Source: an uncultured Gemmatimonadales bacterium (GTDB taxonomy: Bacteria; Gemmatimonadota; Gemmatimonadetes; Gemmatimonadales; GWC2-71-9). Taken from it: 64,000 nt of DNA. Numbering within the stretch: position 1 is the stretch's first letter; the number at the start of each line of letters is the position of its first letter. The notes below the pieces were generated by a model. It made no database searches, was not told the origin of the DNA, and saw only the letters and a program-made list of their open reading frames with translations. This document shows positions 19,217 through 31,195 of the stretch, in pieces. The stretch lies in NCBI GenBank assembly GCA_963822925.1, contig CAWGJN010000001.1, forward strand, positions 431,490-495,489, read 5' to 3'. Made by a program: the position numbers and the translations under genes.

Positions 19217-19927
19217 ATGACTCGATCCCGCGTCGCCCTCGTTACCGGCGCCACTGAAGGCATCGGGCGTTCCGTCGCCTTCACCCTCGGCCGTGCCGGC
19301 TGGTCGGTAGGTGTCTGTGCCCGCACACCCGAGCGCCTGGAGCGCCTGCTGCTCGAACTGCGCGGTGCCGGAATCACGGCCGATGGTCTGCCGGCCGACG
19401 TCGGCAACGAGGAACAGGTGCGTGCCCTCACCGCCCACGTCGCCCAGGCGCTCGGCCCAGTCGACACCCTGATCAACAACGCCGGCGTGCTCATCGCGAG
19501 GCCGTTCAGCGAACTCAGCGTGGACGACTGGGACGCCACGATGCGCACCAACGTGCGAAGCCTCTTCCTCGTGACGCGCGAAGTGCTGCCCGGAATGCGC
19601 AACGCCGGCCGGGGCGACATCGTGAACATCGCGAGCCTCGCCGGGCGGAACGGCTTCGTGGGCGGCACTGCCTACGTCGCCTCGAAGCACGCCGTGCTCG
19701 GCTTCAGCAAGGCGCTCATGCTGGAAGAACGGAAGAACAACATCCGGGTGATCGCTGTCTGTCCCGGTTCGGTGGCCACCACGATGCTGGAGAATCAGCC
19801 CCTCCTCCCTTCCAACGCGGAGAAGATCCTGCGGCCAGAGGATGTCGCCGACACGATCCTCACCGCCCTCCGGCTGCCGGGCCGCGCACTCGTGAGCGAA
19901 CTCGACATCCGTCCCACGAACCCGTGA
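19217..19927 (+). CDS. SDR family oxidoreductase
   Basis: TGATEGIGR and YVASKHA motifs. Confidence 0.9.
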   Translation: MTRSRVALVTGATEGIGRSVAFTLGRAGWSVGVCARTPERLERLLLELRGAGITADGLPADVGNEEQVRALTAHVAQALGPVDTLINNAGVLIARPFSELSVDDWDATMRTNVRSLFLVTREVLPGMRNAGRGDIVNIASLAGRNGFVGGTAYVASKHAVLGFSKALMLEERKNNIRVIAVCPGSVATTMLENQPLLPSNAEKILRPEDVADTILTALRLPGRALVSELDIRPTNP

Positions 19928-20133
19928 GCCGGATTCCGGACCGGTGGGCCGTGACCCGCTGCGTCTGCCAGCGCATGACCTTCGACAGCCTCCTGCGCCT
20001 GTCACGGGAGTATGACTGGACGATCGAGGAACTGGTGGCGAACACCGGGTGCGGCGACCAGTGCGGGATGTGCCACCCCTACCTGGAGCGGATGCTGGAG
20101 ACCGGCGAAACCCGGTTTGCCCCGTTCCCGTAA
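19924..20133 (+). CDS. BFD-like [2Fe-2S]-binding protein
   Basis: CVC...CGDQCGMC pattern. GTGA overlap with the SDR stop. Confidence 0.7.
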   Translation: MSRIPDRWAVTRCVCQRMTFDSLLRLSREYDWTIEELVANTGCGDQCGMCHPYLERMLETGETRFAPFP

Positions 20134-20170
20134 CGGTTGCGCCGGACTTTCCCTGGACTACTTTGACAGC

Positions 20171-20517
20171 ATGCACCGCCGTCCCCTGCTGACCCTGCTT
20201 CGTGGTTTCCTGCTGAGCCTGTTCGTGCTCGGCGGCCCGGGGCTCCCCCTGATCGATGCAGTGTTGTGGCATGGGTCGGGCACGCAGCGGTGGCTGGCTC
20301 GCGGGTCAATGCTCAGGGTGCCCCGCGGACGCACGCCGATGTCTGCGCGCTCGCTGCTCCGCTTCCAGTTCCCGGCCCGGTGCCGTGCACCGTGCAGCCG
20401 ACAGGCGCTTCTGAGGCAGCCCCGCAGGCGCCCCTCGGCGTTCTACACTTGGTCCGCGTCACCTTCACCCCCGATTCCAGCGCACGCCCGCGAGCCCCAC
20501 CCGTCCTCTCCGCCTGA
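20171..20517 (+). pseudogene. Possible DUF2946-like small secreted protein, apparently split between two frames near 20265
   Basis: ATG 20171 gives MHRRPLLTLLRGFLLSLFVLGGPGLPLIDAVLWHG and then Arg-rich nonsense. The frame of track ORF 20266..20517 reads HAAVAG...HADVCALAAPLP...ARPRAPPVLSA, a family-like tail. Weak call. Confidence 0.25.
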
Positions 20518-20636
20518 CACCAGAAGCACCCTGACATCGCGCAGTCGCTGATGCCCCGTCCTGACGGGCCGTTGGCGCTGCTGGCTGCTCATTTCACCGT
20601 CCTCGCGGGCGGTTCAATCGTGCCTGGAGATCCCGC

Positions 20637-22931
20637 ATGTACGCACTGCTGCTCGCCGCGGCAATGGCATCCGCGGCCGTGTCTGATACACCCGCGTCGG
20701 CGCCCCTGCGCGACGCGGGCCGCCTCCATGGAAAGGTGACCGACTTCCACGGAAACCCGCTCGCCGGCGTCCGCGTGACCGTCGCCGAGTTTTCCCGGCT
20801 GGTGGTGACCGACCAGGAGGGCAACTACGCCCTGGTCAATCTTCCGGGCGGCACGTACAACGTCACGTTTGCGCTGCTGGGCTTCGGGCCGCAGTCGCGG
20901 CGCGTCACCCTGGGCGCGGATGACCTCACCCTCAACGTCACGCTCAACGAATCGCTCGTCGAGCTGCCGCCGCTGCAGGTCACGGCCAGTCCCAACGCGA
21001 CGACGGCCCTGACCTCCCCGCAGCCCGTGGCGGTTCTCGGTGGCGCCAAGCTCGAGGCCGATCACACGGCGAACCTGGGCCAGACAATCGACAAGATCCC
21101 GGGCGTCACCGCGTGGACCACCGGTGCCGGGATCGGCAAGCCCGTCATTCGGGGCCTGTCGGCAAACAACGTGCTGATCCTCGCGAACGGCCAGCGCACC
21201 GACACCCAGCAGTGCGCCGACGAGCACAGCCCCAACATCGAGACCTCCGACGCCGAGCGCATCGAGGTCATCAAGGGCCCGGCCAGCGTGCTGTACGGCT
21301 CCGACGCCGTCGGCGGGGTCGTCAATGTCATTCCCCCCGCGATTCCCGATGCCATCGGCACCAAGGCGACGGTCGGCGGCAAGATCCTGGGAGCGTACGG
21401 CACGAACAACATCAACCCCGACGGCACGCTGATGCTCGATGGCGCGAGCGGCGGCTTCGGATTCCGGGCGGCGCTCGTCGGGCGGAACGGGGACAATATC
21501 GTGACACCGGTCGGCACGCTGTACAACACCGGGTTCTCCACCGTGGACGGCAGCATCGGCCTGGGCTATCACGCCAAGTGGGGCACGCTCACCGGCTCCT
21601 ATGTCCATCGCTATGAGACCCTGCAGCTGATGGACGAGGATCCCGCGGCCACCCCGTTTCAGCACGTCACCGACAACCGCTTCAACATCGGCCTGGTGGC
21701 ACCGACCGGTGGCGCCTCCCGCGTCGAGGCCAATGTCGGGTACGACAGCAACCGGCGGCGGGAGTTCGAGGAGGCAGGCGACACCGAGGCCGAGGTCGCT
21801 TCAGGACTGCAGAATGGCCTGTGGACCAGTGACGTGCACTACCACAACAACCCGCTCGGCCCGTTCGTGGGCACGATCGGCGTGCAGGGCTACCACAACG
21901 GCTGGGACCGTTTCGGTACCGAGAAGTTCCTGCCCCCCAACCAGGCGTTCGGGATCGGCGTCTTCGGCTTCGAGCAGGCGGATTTCGGCCGCTTCACCCT
22001 CTCGCTCGGGCTCCGCTACGATTTCCGCCAGCTCGATGTGGACGAGGCCGAGGTGGGACGGGAAGGCCGGAATCGCATCGTCCCGCAGCAGACCCGCACC
22101 TACAACTCCATCACCGGCAACATCGGCGGCCTGTATCACCTGAGCGAGCCGGTGGCTCTCGTCGTGAACGTCGGGCACGCCTTCCGTGCGCCGACCATCT
22201 TCGAGCTGTTCGGATATGGGGTCCACGAGGGGGTGCCGCAGTTCCTCATCGGCAACGACTCGCTGCAGAACCAGACCTCCTGGACCACCGACCTGGCGTT
22301 GCGGGTGCAGAGTGGCCATGCCCAGCTCGAGGTTGGCGGGTTCTACACGCCGATTCACAACTTCATCTACTCGAATCCCACGTCGGGGCTGGACACGAAC
22401 TCAGCCGACCCGGAGGCGTCGGGGCTGCAGGAGTACGAGGTGACGCAGGGGAACGCGGTGTTCTACGGGTTCGAGGCCGGCGTCGACTACCACCCGACCC
22501 ACTGGCTGGAACTCGAAGGGGGCGGTGATTACACCTACGCGCAGAACCAGGTGCTGGACCAGCCGATTCCGTGGATCGCCCCGCTGCGGATCCGATATTC
22601 CGCCAAGCTGATCGGCGGCGACGGCAAGTGGTACCGGGCACCCTACTTCTCGGTCGGCGCCTCGACGGTCACGGCAAAGGTTGCGTCCCGCGTCGACCCG
22701 AATGAGCTCGAGCCGGGCACGCCGATTCCGGGCGGGTACACCCTGGTCAACCTCGGCGCCGGCGCCCAGTTTCCGGTGGGCGGCCAGCTGATCTCGCTCA
22801 ACCTCGATCTGTTGAACGCGTTCAACCAGCAGTACGTCTGGTTCCTCAACCGCTATCGCAACTTCGTGGAGGACAGCCGGAATCTCGGCATGGGCAGGAA
22901 CTTCATGGTGCGGTTGGCGTGGGCGTTTTGA
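20637..22931 (+). CDS. TonB-dependent receptor with an N-terminal carboxypeptidase-regulatory-like domain
   Basis: GKVTD..GNPLAGVRVTV...TDQEGNYALVNLPGGTY, plug domain, C-terminal ...MVRLAWAF. Confidence 0.9.
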   Translation: MYALLLAAAMASAAVSDTPASAPLRDAGRLHGKVTDFHGNPLAGVRVTVAEFSRLVVTDQEGNYALVNLPGGTYNVTFALLGFGPQSRRVTLGADDLTLNVTLNESLVELPPLQVTASPNATTALTSPQPVAVLGGAKLEADHTANLGQTIDKIPGVTAWTTGAGIGKPVIRGLSANNVLILANGQRTDTQQCADEHSPNIETSDAERIEVIKGPASVLYGSDAVGGVVNVIPPAIPDAIGTKATVGGKILGAYGTNNINPDGTLMLDGASGGFGFRAALVGRNGDNIVTPVGTLYNTGFSTVDGSIGLGYHAKWGTLTGSYVHRYETLQLMDEDPAATPFQHVTDNRFNIGLVAPTGGASRVEANVGYDSNRRREFEEAGDTEAEVASGLQNGLWTSDVHYHNNPLGPFVGTIGVQGYHNGWDRFGTEKFLPPNQAFGIGVFGFEQADFGRFTLSLGLRYDFRQLDVDEAEVGREGRNRIVPQQTRTYNSITGNIGGLYHLSEPVALVVNVGHAFRAPTIFELFGYGVHEGVPQFLIGNDSLQNQTSWTTDLALRVQSGHAQLEVGGFYTPIHNFIYSNPTSGLDTNSADPEASGLQEYEVTQGNAVFYGFEAGVDYHPTHWLELEGGGDYTYAQNQVLDQPIPWIAPLRIRYSAKLIGGDGKWYRAPYFSVGASTVTAKVASRVDPNELEPGTPIPGGYTLVNLGAGAQFPVGGQLISLNLDLLNAFNQQYVWFLNRYRNFVEDSRNLGMGRNFMVRLAWAF

Positions 22932-23046
22932 TGTTTCCCGGCCGCTCCCGACCTTCGGGCAGCTGTGAAGTTGTGGAGCGCCGGGACGTCATAGGATCAG
23001 CGCGATGATGTCTTGGCCGAGGCGCTTACTCACGAGGGGCGGATCA

Positions 23047-23568
23047 ATGTCGATGCGGCGCGCTGACGCGGTCGGACCCGCCCTCCTCGGCCTCATCGTG
23101 GCCGTGCTCCGCCACTGCTGTCGCCGGGTGCAACGGCGAGAGCCCGGGCGACGCGCCGGGAGGAGTCGGAGTTCATCAACGAGGTGACGCTCACGCTCAT
23201 GCGGCGCCAGGACAGCACGTTCCAGAGTGCGGTGATCACCGATCCCGATGGGCCGGGCCCGTTGCCCGCCGCGCGCCCAGTCCGGGAACCCTGAGGCTCG
23301 TCCCGAACAGCTACCTACACCGCGACCGATCACGCTCACCAACTCCAGCGTGACGCCACCAGTCGATGTCACCCCGCTCATCAACGCGCGAAAGCTGCAG
23401 CACCGCTTCTTCTACACGATGCTCCCGGAGGGAGGCGTCCTCGCCACCGACCTGACCATCGACGGCAACAGCGCCTGGTACGGCGAGGCGTTCGCCATCC
23501 ACGTGCCGGCCGCGGTGGAAGCGCGGGAGTGGACGCTGAGGATGCAACTGAGCCACTACGAGGGCTGA
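23047..23568 (+). pseudogene. Receptor-associated lipoprotein whose reading frame changes at least 3 times
   Basis: The sensible text is spread over three frames. These are MSMRRADAVGPALLGLIVAVL (phase 1), ATAVAGCNGESPGDAP (phase 2, lipobox), EESEFINEVTLTLMRRQDSTFQSAVITDPDGPGPLPAARP (phase 0), then ITLTNSSVTPPVDVTPLINARKLQHRFFYTML...HYEG-stop (phase 1). Confidence 0.5.
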
Positions 23569-23641
23569 TACCAAGGGAGATGGAATGACTCCGGCACCGC
23601 TGACCGACGTGGAGGTCACCTTCGTGCTCGAGACCTGACGC

Positions 23642-24189
23642 CTACTGCAGGGTGACCTGCTGGACCCTGGAATTTCCCGGCACGAAGTAGAACGAGAAGC
23701 GCCGGTCGTCCTTGACGCTCAGCACGTTGACGATGTTCTGCTGGCTGGGGAACATCTCGAACAGCAGGTCGTTGCGGATGCCGAGCTGCTTCGGCGGAAC
23801 GGAGGTGGCGTACTCGACCACGAACCACATCATGGGCTGACCCTGCTCATCGACCTCGACCCCGGACGCCTGGACGATGCCCTTGAGCCGGATACCGTCG
23901 GCCTCTACCCAGACCCGCTCCGCGAGGTACCCGGAGAAGAGGGAGTCGGCATCCTTGCTGGTGCCGAGGTCGAGTTTGCGAAGGTTGTGGAACTTCATCA
24001 ACCCGAGCTGCAGGTCATCCTTGAAGCAGCGGATGCGGGAGACGATGGCCCCGCTGTCCACTGCCATGCGGGTGAGGGTGACGTGGACGTCGTGCCGGGC
24101 CACAGGCGGTGCGGTTGGCGCGCTCGCGGTCATCACGAGCGCGAGCGCCCCAAGCCGCCACGGCTTCCAATGGCGGGCCGCCGACAATC

Positions 24190-24193
<4 letters not shown>
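23642..24193 (-). CDS. DUF6702-like secreted protein
   Basis: Signal peptide then HDVHVTLTRMAVD....IVSRIRCFKDDLQ, resembling the H-x-F/V-H-V-S start of that family. ATGA overlap with the M1 peptidase gene. Confidence 0.5.
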
Positions 24194-26289
<2,096 letters not shown>

Positions 26290-26304
26290 GCAGGCATCCG
26301 TTGG

Positions 26305-26892
26305 TCAGGAGACGGGGTTGAGTCGGTCGACGATCATGGTCAGCGCGACGGCCATCGTGCCGCCGCACAGGATGAGCACCCACTCGCGCCGGGTGAGGCC
26401 CACCACCCGGACAGCGATGACACCCACGAGCATTACCAGGCCGACGATGAAGAGCTGGCCGATTTCGAGGCCGACGTTGAAGGCCAGGAGTGGCTTCGCG
26501 ATCGACTCCTCGCCGCCGAGCAGGCTGCGCAGGAAGGTGGAGAATCCGAGCCCGTGGATCAGCCCGAACGTGGACGCGAGCACGTACTGCGGCAACTGGG
26601 AGCGCGTGGGGCCGCTCTCCTCGGAGTCGCCCTTTGAGAACGCGATTGCCGCGATGCTGGTGAGTACAATCGTCACCGGGATGAGCACCTCGACCAGCTG
26701 CGTCTTCACCCGCACGAGATCCAGCGTAGCCAGCGCCAAGGTCACCGAATGCCCGAGCGTAAAGGCCGTCACCAGCCACACCAGCCGACGCCAGGCCACC
26801 GGCGGGTAGGCCGCCGTCAGTGCCGCAACGAAGAGGATGTGGTCATAGGCCTTCGGGTCGGCGATGTGGCCAAAACCAAGGCGGAGATACAC
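26305..26892 (-). CDS. HupE/UreJ family membrane protein
   Basis: LGFGHIADPKAYDHILFVAALT N-terminus and a 6-TM profile. Confidence 0.7.
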   Translation of the reverse strand: MYLRLGFGHIADPKAYDHILFVAALTAAYPPVAWRRLVWLVTAFTLGHSVTLALATLDLVRVKTQLVEVLIPVTIVLTSIAAIAFSKGDSEESGPTRSQLPQYVLASTFGLIHGLGFSTFLRSLLGGEESIAKPLLAFNVGLEIGQLFIVGLVMLVGVIAVRVVGLTRREWVLILCGGTMAVALTMIVDRLNPVS

Positions 26893-27008
26893 CAGGAACT
26901 CGGACAGTCAGGCTCCTCGCGCTGGCTGTGGGGGTATTGTAACAAACGCCAAAGTCACGGGGACGACTTGCGGTACGTACGCCCGCCACCCCGGCTCGGT
27001 TTCGTGAA

Positions 27009-29102
27009 CTACAGGATTCCCCACAAGAATCGGCCCGCGTCCACTCCGAATCGCCAGCCGCCCTCCCGGAATCCGTAGGCCACGTCGAAGCGCAACACAT
27101 CGAAGAGCATGAGGAAGCCCAGGCCTACCGACGGATAACAGCCGTTGGCGGAAGATCCCCCCGCTTGTGCCACCCGATCCGCCACGCACACCAGAGTGCC
27201 GTACGGCGCCAGCGTCGCCCGCGCCGGGCTCTTGCCGTACTTGAGCAGGGGCAGTGAGACGAACGGCACCGGGATTCGCAGTTCGGCGCGTTGCGAAATG
27301 CCGTAGCGCGCGGCGAACGCGTGATACGAATCGCCCGGTCCCGTCACCATGCCACCCAGCCGTACCAGCTCCTGGCTCGGGACGGTGCCACCACCAACAG
27401 CCCCGGCGTGCGTCTCCAGGTGCAGCAGCGGCGGGCCGACCGGGCGATCGTAGATGAGCGACGCCGCCGCGCGCGCTATCACCGCATTCGGCGATCCGTC
27501 CCGCGGATCGATCGCCTCGAGCCGGCCACTGACGCTCCACCCGAGGGTACTGCCGCTGCTGCCGACCGCGTCGCGCTGCCGCGTGAGCGTCAGGTCGAGA
27601 CGCAGCGCATCGAGTTCCAGCGCCGGTATCGTCGGCCCATACGTGCCGCTCCAGGGCGACGCGTTGACGCTCAGGCTCTCTTGCCGCTCCGCCGAGAGGC
27701 GCGCCTCCCACGTGTATGCGCCACCCGGTTCCACCCGCAACGCGAGGCCGGCAGCGTACACGTCGTACGGATCGGTGTCATCGTCCCCCAGGATTTGCGC
27801 CGCCAGCGTATTGCGCACTCCCGACACCTCGGCGACATCGCCCGCATCGCGATACGCGCGCCCGCCGAATGCCGACAGCCGCATCGTCGGCGTGGCTCGC
27901 CACGAAATGTCGAGCCCACCCTTGAGCTGCTCGTCGCTGAAGCCGTAGGCCACGCGCGCCCCGGCACGCCAGGCACCGCCCAGCCCGACGCGGCCGTCGA
28001 TGCCGAGTCCGAGCCCCTCCACGCGGTTGACGTGGGCAAAGTCGGAGATGCCGCGGCCGCCAATCGATGCGTGCGTCGCGCGATCCAGCACGCTCTGCTG
28101 CACCAGCTTCTCCGCCTGTTGCTGCACCGACTGCACTTCGGCGGCGGTCACCGCCTGCTCCGTTGGGCCGAGCGCACTCAAGATCGGCTCGTGCCACTCG
28201 TAGGTATCGCGCTCCTCCGGCGGGGCGAGCGTGATGCGGGTCGATGAATTGGCCACGACGGGCCGGCCGTTCGTGGAAAGCAACGGCGGTGGGGTGGCAC
28301 TGTCGGCGTAGGCTATGTGATTGGTCACGAGCCACCGCGCGCGCACGATGCCCTCGACCGGGAAGTCGAACCACGTGCTGCCGCGCACCACCTCCATTTC
28401 CTGGCGGTACGGCAGCCAGTAGCGCCCTTCCACCAGCAGGTTCTCCAGCACCAGCGCGAGGCGCTCGATACGCTGGTCCAGGATCGCCGCGCGGGTAAAG
28501 GTCACCGCCAGGCGCACGAGGTCACCCGTTTCGCGATCGAGGTACATGCTGCCTACCATGCCGGGAGCGTCAGGGTCGCGCGGCCGCAACAGGAGTTCGT
28601 ACGCCTCTACCTTGCGTCCCGGTACGGCGATCGAGATGGAATCGGAAATCGCGAAGGCGTACGTCGGCCGCCCGGACGGCGAGAGCGGATGGGGCAGGTC
28701 GCGCACGTCGTGTCCGTCGCCCAGCCGGATCTTGTCGCCCAGGTTGTTGGTGACGACGCCGTACCGGTCATTATAGAAGCCGACGTCGCCCGGGAGCAGC
28801 ATGGTGTCCCGCCGCCCGATGATGCGCTGCTGGGTGATGCCCGGGGCCTGCCAGCGAACCAGCGATGCCAGCTCCACCAGCTTCACCACCCGCGGTGGCA
28901 AGACGGTGGAGTTGCCGAGCTCTACCAGGAACTGCAGCGTGCCCGTGGCGTCGCCGGTCCACGCACGCAACGTCGAGTCGACGTGCGCCCGCCGCGCCAC
29001 CGCGCGGTTCACCAGAGCGTCGGCGGCCGGGCTGTCCCACGCCTGTGCCCGGAGTGGCCGACCCCAGAGGGCAGGCATGATGGCCAGTAACAGGGCCGGC
29101 AT
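27009..29102 (-). CDS. Large outer-membrane protein, possibly Omp85/BamA-superfamily
   Basis: 697 aa with a signal peptide. The beta-rich C-terminal half ends GFLMLFDVLRFDVAYGF...; the product call is tentative. Confidence 0.45.
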   Translation of the reverse strand: MPALLLAIMPALWGRPLRAQAWDSPAADALVNRAVARRAHVDSTLRAWTGDATGTLQFLVELGNSTVLPPRVVKLVELASLVRWQAPGITQQRIIGRRDTMLLPGDVGFYNDRYGVVTNNLGDKIRLGDGHDVRDLPHPLSPSGRPTYAFAISDSISIAVPGRKVEAYELLLRPRDPDAPGMVGSMYLDRETGDLVRLAVTFTRAAILDQRIERLALVLENLLVEGRYWLPYRQEMEVVRGSTWFDFPVEGIVRARWLVTNHIAYADSATPPPLLSTNGRPVVANSSTRITLAPPEERDTYEWHEPILSALGPTEQAVTAAEVQSVQQQAEKLVQQSVLDRATHASIGGRGISDFAHVNRVEGLGLGIDGRVGLGGAWRAGARVAYGFSDEQLKGGLDISWRATPTMRLSAFGGRAYRDAGDVAEVSGVRNTLAAQILGDDDTDPYDVYAAGLALRVEPGGAYTWEARLSAERQESLSVNASPWSGTYGPTIPALELDALRLDLTLTRQRDAVGSSGSTLGWSVSGRLEAIDPRDGSPNAVIARAAASLIYDRPVGPPLLHLETHAGAVGGGTVPSQELVRLGGMVTGPGDSYHAFAARYGISQRAELRIPVPFVSLPLLKYGKSPARATLAPYGTLVCVADRVAQAGGSSANGCYPSVGLGFLMLFDVLRFDVAYGFREGGWRFGVDAGRFLWGIL

Positions 29103-29193
29103 CCGGAAAAATACGGATTGCCGGATGCCTGCTCGGAGGTATCCTTCTCGTCCCTTGGTCAGTGTCTCAACCTCAAGCTGCTACGGGATTTAC

Positions 29194-30309
29194 GTGCGAA
29201 CCTCGAACCCGGGAACCGCCCGAGCTGCCCTTGTTGTGTCCATTGCCGCGTCGCTGCTGGTCGCGTGCGGTGGCAAGTCGAACGACAGCGCGGCAGCCCC
29301 GACGCCCGTAGCCACGACACCGGCCTCCAGCACGTACTGGAAGCCCGACTCCGGTGAGCGTCACCTGCGGAACATCCGCCAGCTGACGTTTGGCGGCAAC
29401 AACGCCGAGTCGTATTTCTCGCGCGATAGCAGGCAGCTGGTCTTCCAGCGGCAGGAACAGGTGGATGCCGGTTGCGATCAGCAATACCTCATCAATGCCG
29501 ACGGCTCCAACATGCGCCGCGTCTCGAATGGAGAGGGTCGCACCACTTGCGGCTTCTTCTACGACGGCGACAAGCGGATCCTCTACAGCAGCACCTTCAG
29601 GCACGACAGGGCCTGCCCCACGCCGCCCGACAAGTCCCAGGGCTATGTGTGGCCCCTTGGCTACCTGGAGATCTACACCTCGAAGCTCGACGGCTCCGAC
29701 CTGCGCCAGCTCACCAATAATGGTGCGTACAACGCGGAGACCACCGTGTCGCCCGATGGGAAGAAGCTGATCTTCACCAGCACGAAGGACGGGGACATCG
29801 ATTTGTACACGATGACCCCCGACGGCAGCGACGTGAAGCGCATCACCGACCGCATTGGCTACGATGGTGGGGCCTGGTTCTCGCCCGACGGCAAGAGCAT
29901 CGTGTGGCGCGCGGCGTACCCCAAGACCGCCGCCGACACTGCCGACTATCTGCGGCTGCTCAAGCAGCGGCTGGTGCGCCCGTCGCGCACCGAGGTGTGG
30001 ATCGCGAACGCCGACGGCAGCAGCCCACGCCAGATTACCAATCTCGGCGGCGCCAATTTCGCGCCGGTGTTCACGCCCGATGGCAAAAAGGTCATCTTCT
30101 CCTCCAACTACAGGAGTCCGCGCAGCGGGGCGTTCGATCTCTACCTGATCAATCTCGACGGCACCGGCCTCGAGGCAGTGACCACGAACCCGGAATTCGA
30201 CTCGTTCCCCATGTTCAGCTACGACTACAAGCACCTGGTCTGGGCGTCGAACCGCCATGGCCGCCAGCCGGGCGAGACGGACTTGTTCATCGCGGAGTGG
30301 GTGGAGTAG
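29194..30309 (+). CDS. TolB-like PD40 beta-propeller lipoprotein
   Basis: Probable GTG start (VRTSNPGTARAALVVSIAASLLVACGG). Repeated SPDGKK/FSPDGKS PD40 motifs. The upstream part of the track ORF overlaps the divergent gene. Confidence 0.8.
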   Translation: MRTSNPGTARAALVVSIAASLLVACGGKSNDSAAAPTPVATTPASSTYWKPDSGERHLRNIRQLTFGGNNAESYFSRDSRQLVFQRQEQVDAGCDQQYLINADGSNMRRVSNGEGRTTCGFFYDGDKRILYSSTFRHDRACPTPPDKSQGYVWPLGYLEIYTSKLDGSDLRQLTNNGAYNAETTVSPDGKKLIFTSTKDGDIDLYTMTPDGSDVKRITDRIGYDGGAWFSPDGKSIVWRAAYPKTAADTADYLRLLKQRLVRPSRTEVWIANADGSSPRQITNLGGANFAPVFTPDGKKVIFSSNYRSPRSGAFDLYLINLDGTGLEAVTTNPEFDSFPMFSYDYKHLVWASNRHGRQPGETDLFIAEWVE

Positions 30310-30318
30310 ACTCTCCTC

Positions 30319-30543
30319 ATGCCCACGTACACCTACGAGACTCTCTCCCCCACCCCGCGCCGGTTCGACGTGCGCCAGTCGTTCAGCGATGCGCCGCTCG
30401 AGCAGGATCCCGAAACGGGGGAGCCGGTACGCCGGGTGATCAGTGGTGGAGCGGCACTGCTCACCTCGAAGGAGAGCAGCAAGGTTGGTGAGCTGCCGGT
30501 CTCAGGCGGAGGATGTGGCAACAGCTGCGGCTGTGGCCACTGA
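30319..30543 (+). CDS. FmdB-family-like small protein lacking the zinc-ribbon cysteines
   Basis: MPTYTYE...FDV..SFSDAPL..DPETGEPVRRVIS follows the FmdB pattern, but both CxxC pairs are replaced. The C-terminal tail is GGGCGNSCGCGH. Confidence 0.55.
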   Translation: MPTYTYETLSPTPRRFDVRQSFSDAPLEQDPETGEPVRRVISGGAALLTSKESSKVGELPVSGGGCGNSCGCGH

Positions 30544-30565
30544 GCCTACGCCGCTCCGTCGATTG

Positions 30566-31195
30566 ATGCCTCCGAGGGCGCTCCTGGCGAGCGCCCTTCT
30601 TTTTGCCCTCGCGTGCGCACTCGACGGATGGGCATGGCAGCACCTTCGCGTGGACGACGTCTACGGCAAGGACTGGGGACGCCTCTTCCGCATCGCCGGC
30701 TTCCTCCCCACCTGGATGCTGGGGTCCGTGGCGCTCATCCTCAGCGATCGCGGCACCGGTTCACCCGCGCCACGCCGCTTCTGGTGGCGTGGCATGCTGC
30801 TCACTGTGGCGCCGCTCGTGGCAGGGATCGTGTGTGAGCTCCTGAAGGTCCTTCTCCGGCGCGAACGACCCAACCTGCACGACGGCACCTATTTCTTCCG
30901 CGGCTTCAGCGACCACCCCTGGAGCACCTCGGCGATCGGGCTGCCGAGCAGTCATACGATGGTCGCGTTCGCCGGAGCCGGCATGGCGAGCTATCTGTTT
31001 CCGCGGACCTGGCCCGCGTGGATGCTGCTGGCGGGCGGCTGCGCCTTCACCCGAGTCGCGGCGCAGGCGCATTTCCTGAGTGATGTCATGCTGGCGGGAA
31101 TTGCGGGGTTGTTCGTGGCACGGCTGGTGTGGCTCTGGCCCGGACCGTCGGGCTCACATACGCCGAACCGTCCTCGTCGCGACGGAAGGGGCTAG
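30566..31195 (+). CDS. PAP2 family phosphatase
   Basis: KVLLRRERP, PSSHT and RVAAQAHFLSDV correspond to the three PAP2 motifs. Confidence 0.85.
   Translation: MPPRALLASALLFALACALDGWAWQHLRVDDVYGKDWGRLFRIAGFLPTWMLGSVALILSDRGTGSPAPRRFWWRGMLLTVAPLVAGIVCELLKVLLRRERPNLHDGTYFFRGFSDHPWSTSAIGLPSSHTMVAFAGAGMASYLFPRTWPAWMLLAGGCAFTRVAAQAHFLSDVMLAGIAGLFVARLVWLWPGPSGSHTPNRPRRDGRG
30941..31138 (+). repeat. Copy 1 of a ~198-bp direct repeat (the PAP2 3' end); partner at 43621..43818
   Basis: Gap-free alignment at an offset of 12680. I counted 29 mismatches, about 85% identity, including a 47-bp perfect block. Confidence 0.85.

Noticed and set aside
23585-23638. A 17-codon ORF (MTPAPLTDVEVTFVLET) with a GGGAGA SD after the decayed lipoprotein gene.
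   Set aside because: It is too short to support, with no family signal. It may be a remnant of a further decayed gene.
28801-29193. N-terminal extensions of track ORFs: 28801..30309 (TolB-like), 35177..37093 (HyfF-like), 33669..35420, 37243..38247, 30443..31195, 43809..45272 and 51955..52761.
   Set aside because: The extensions overlap neighbouring genes and are compositionally nonsense. Internal starts give signal peptides or lipoboxes, or exact start-stop coupling.
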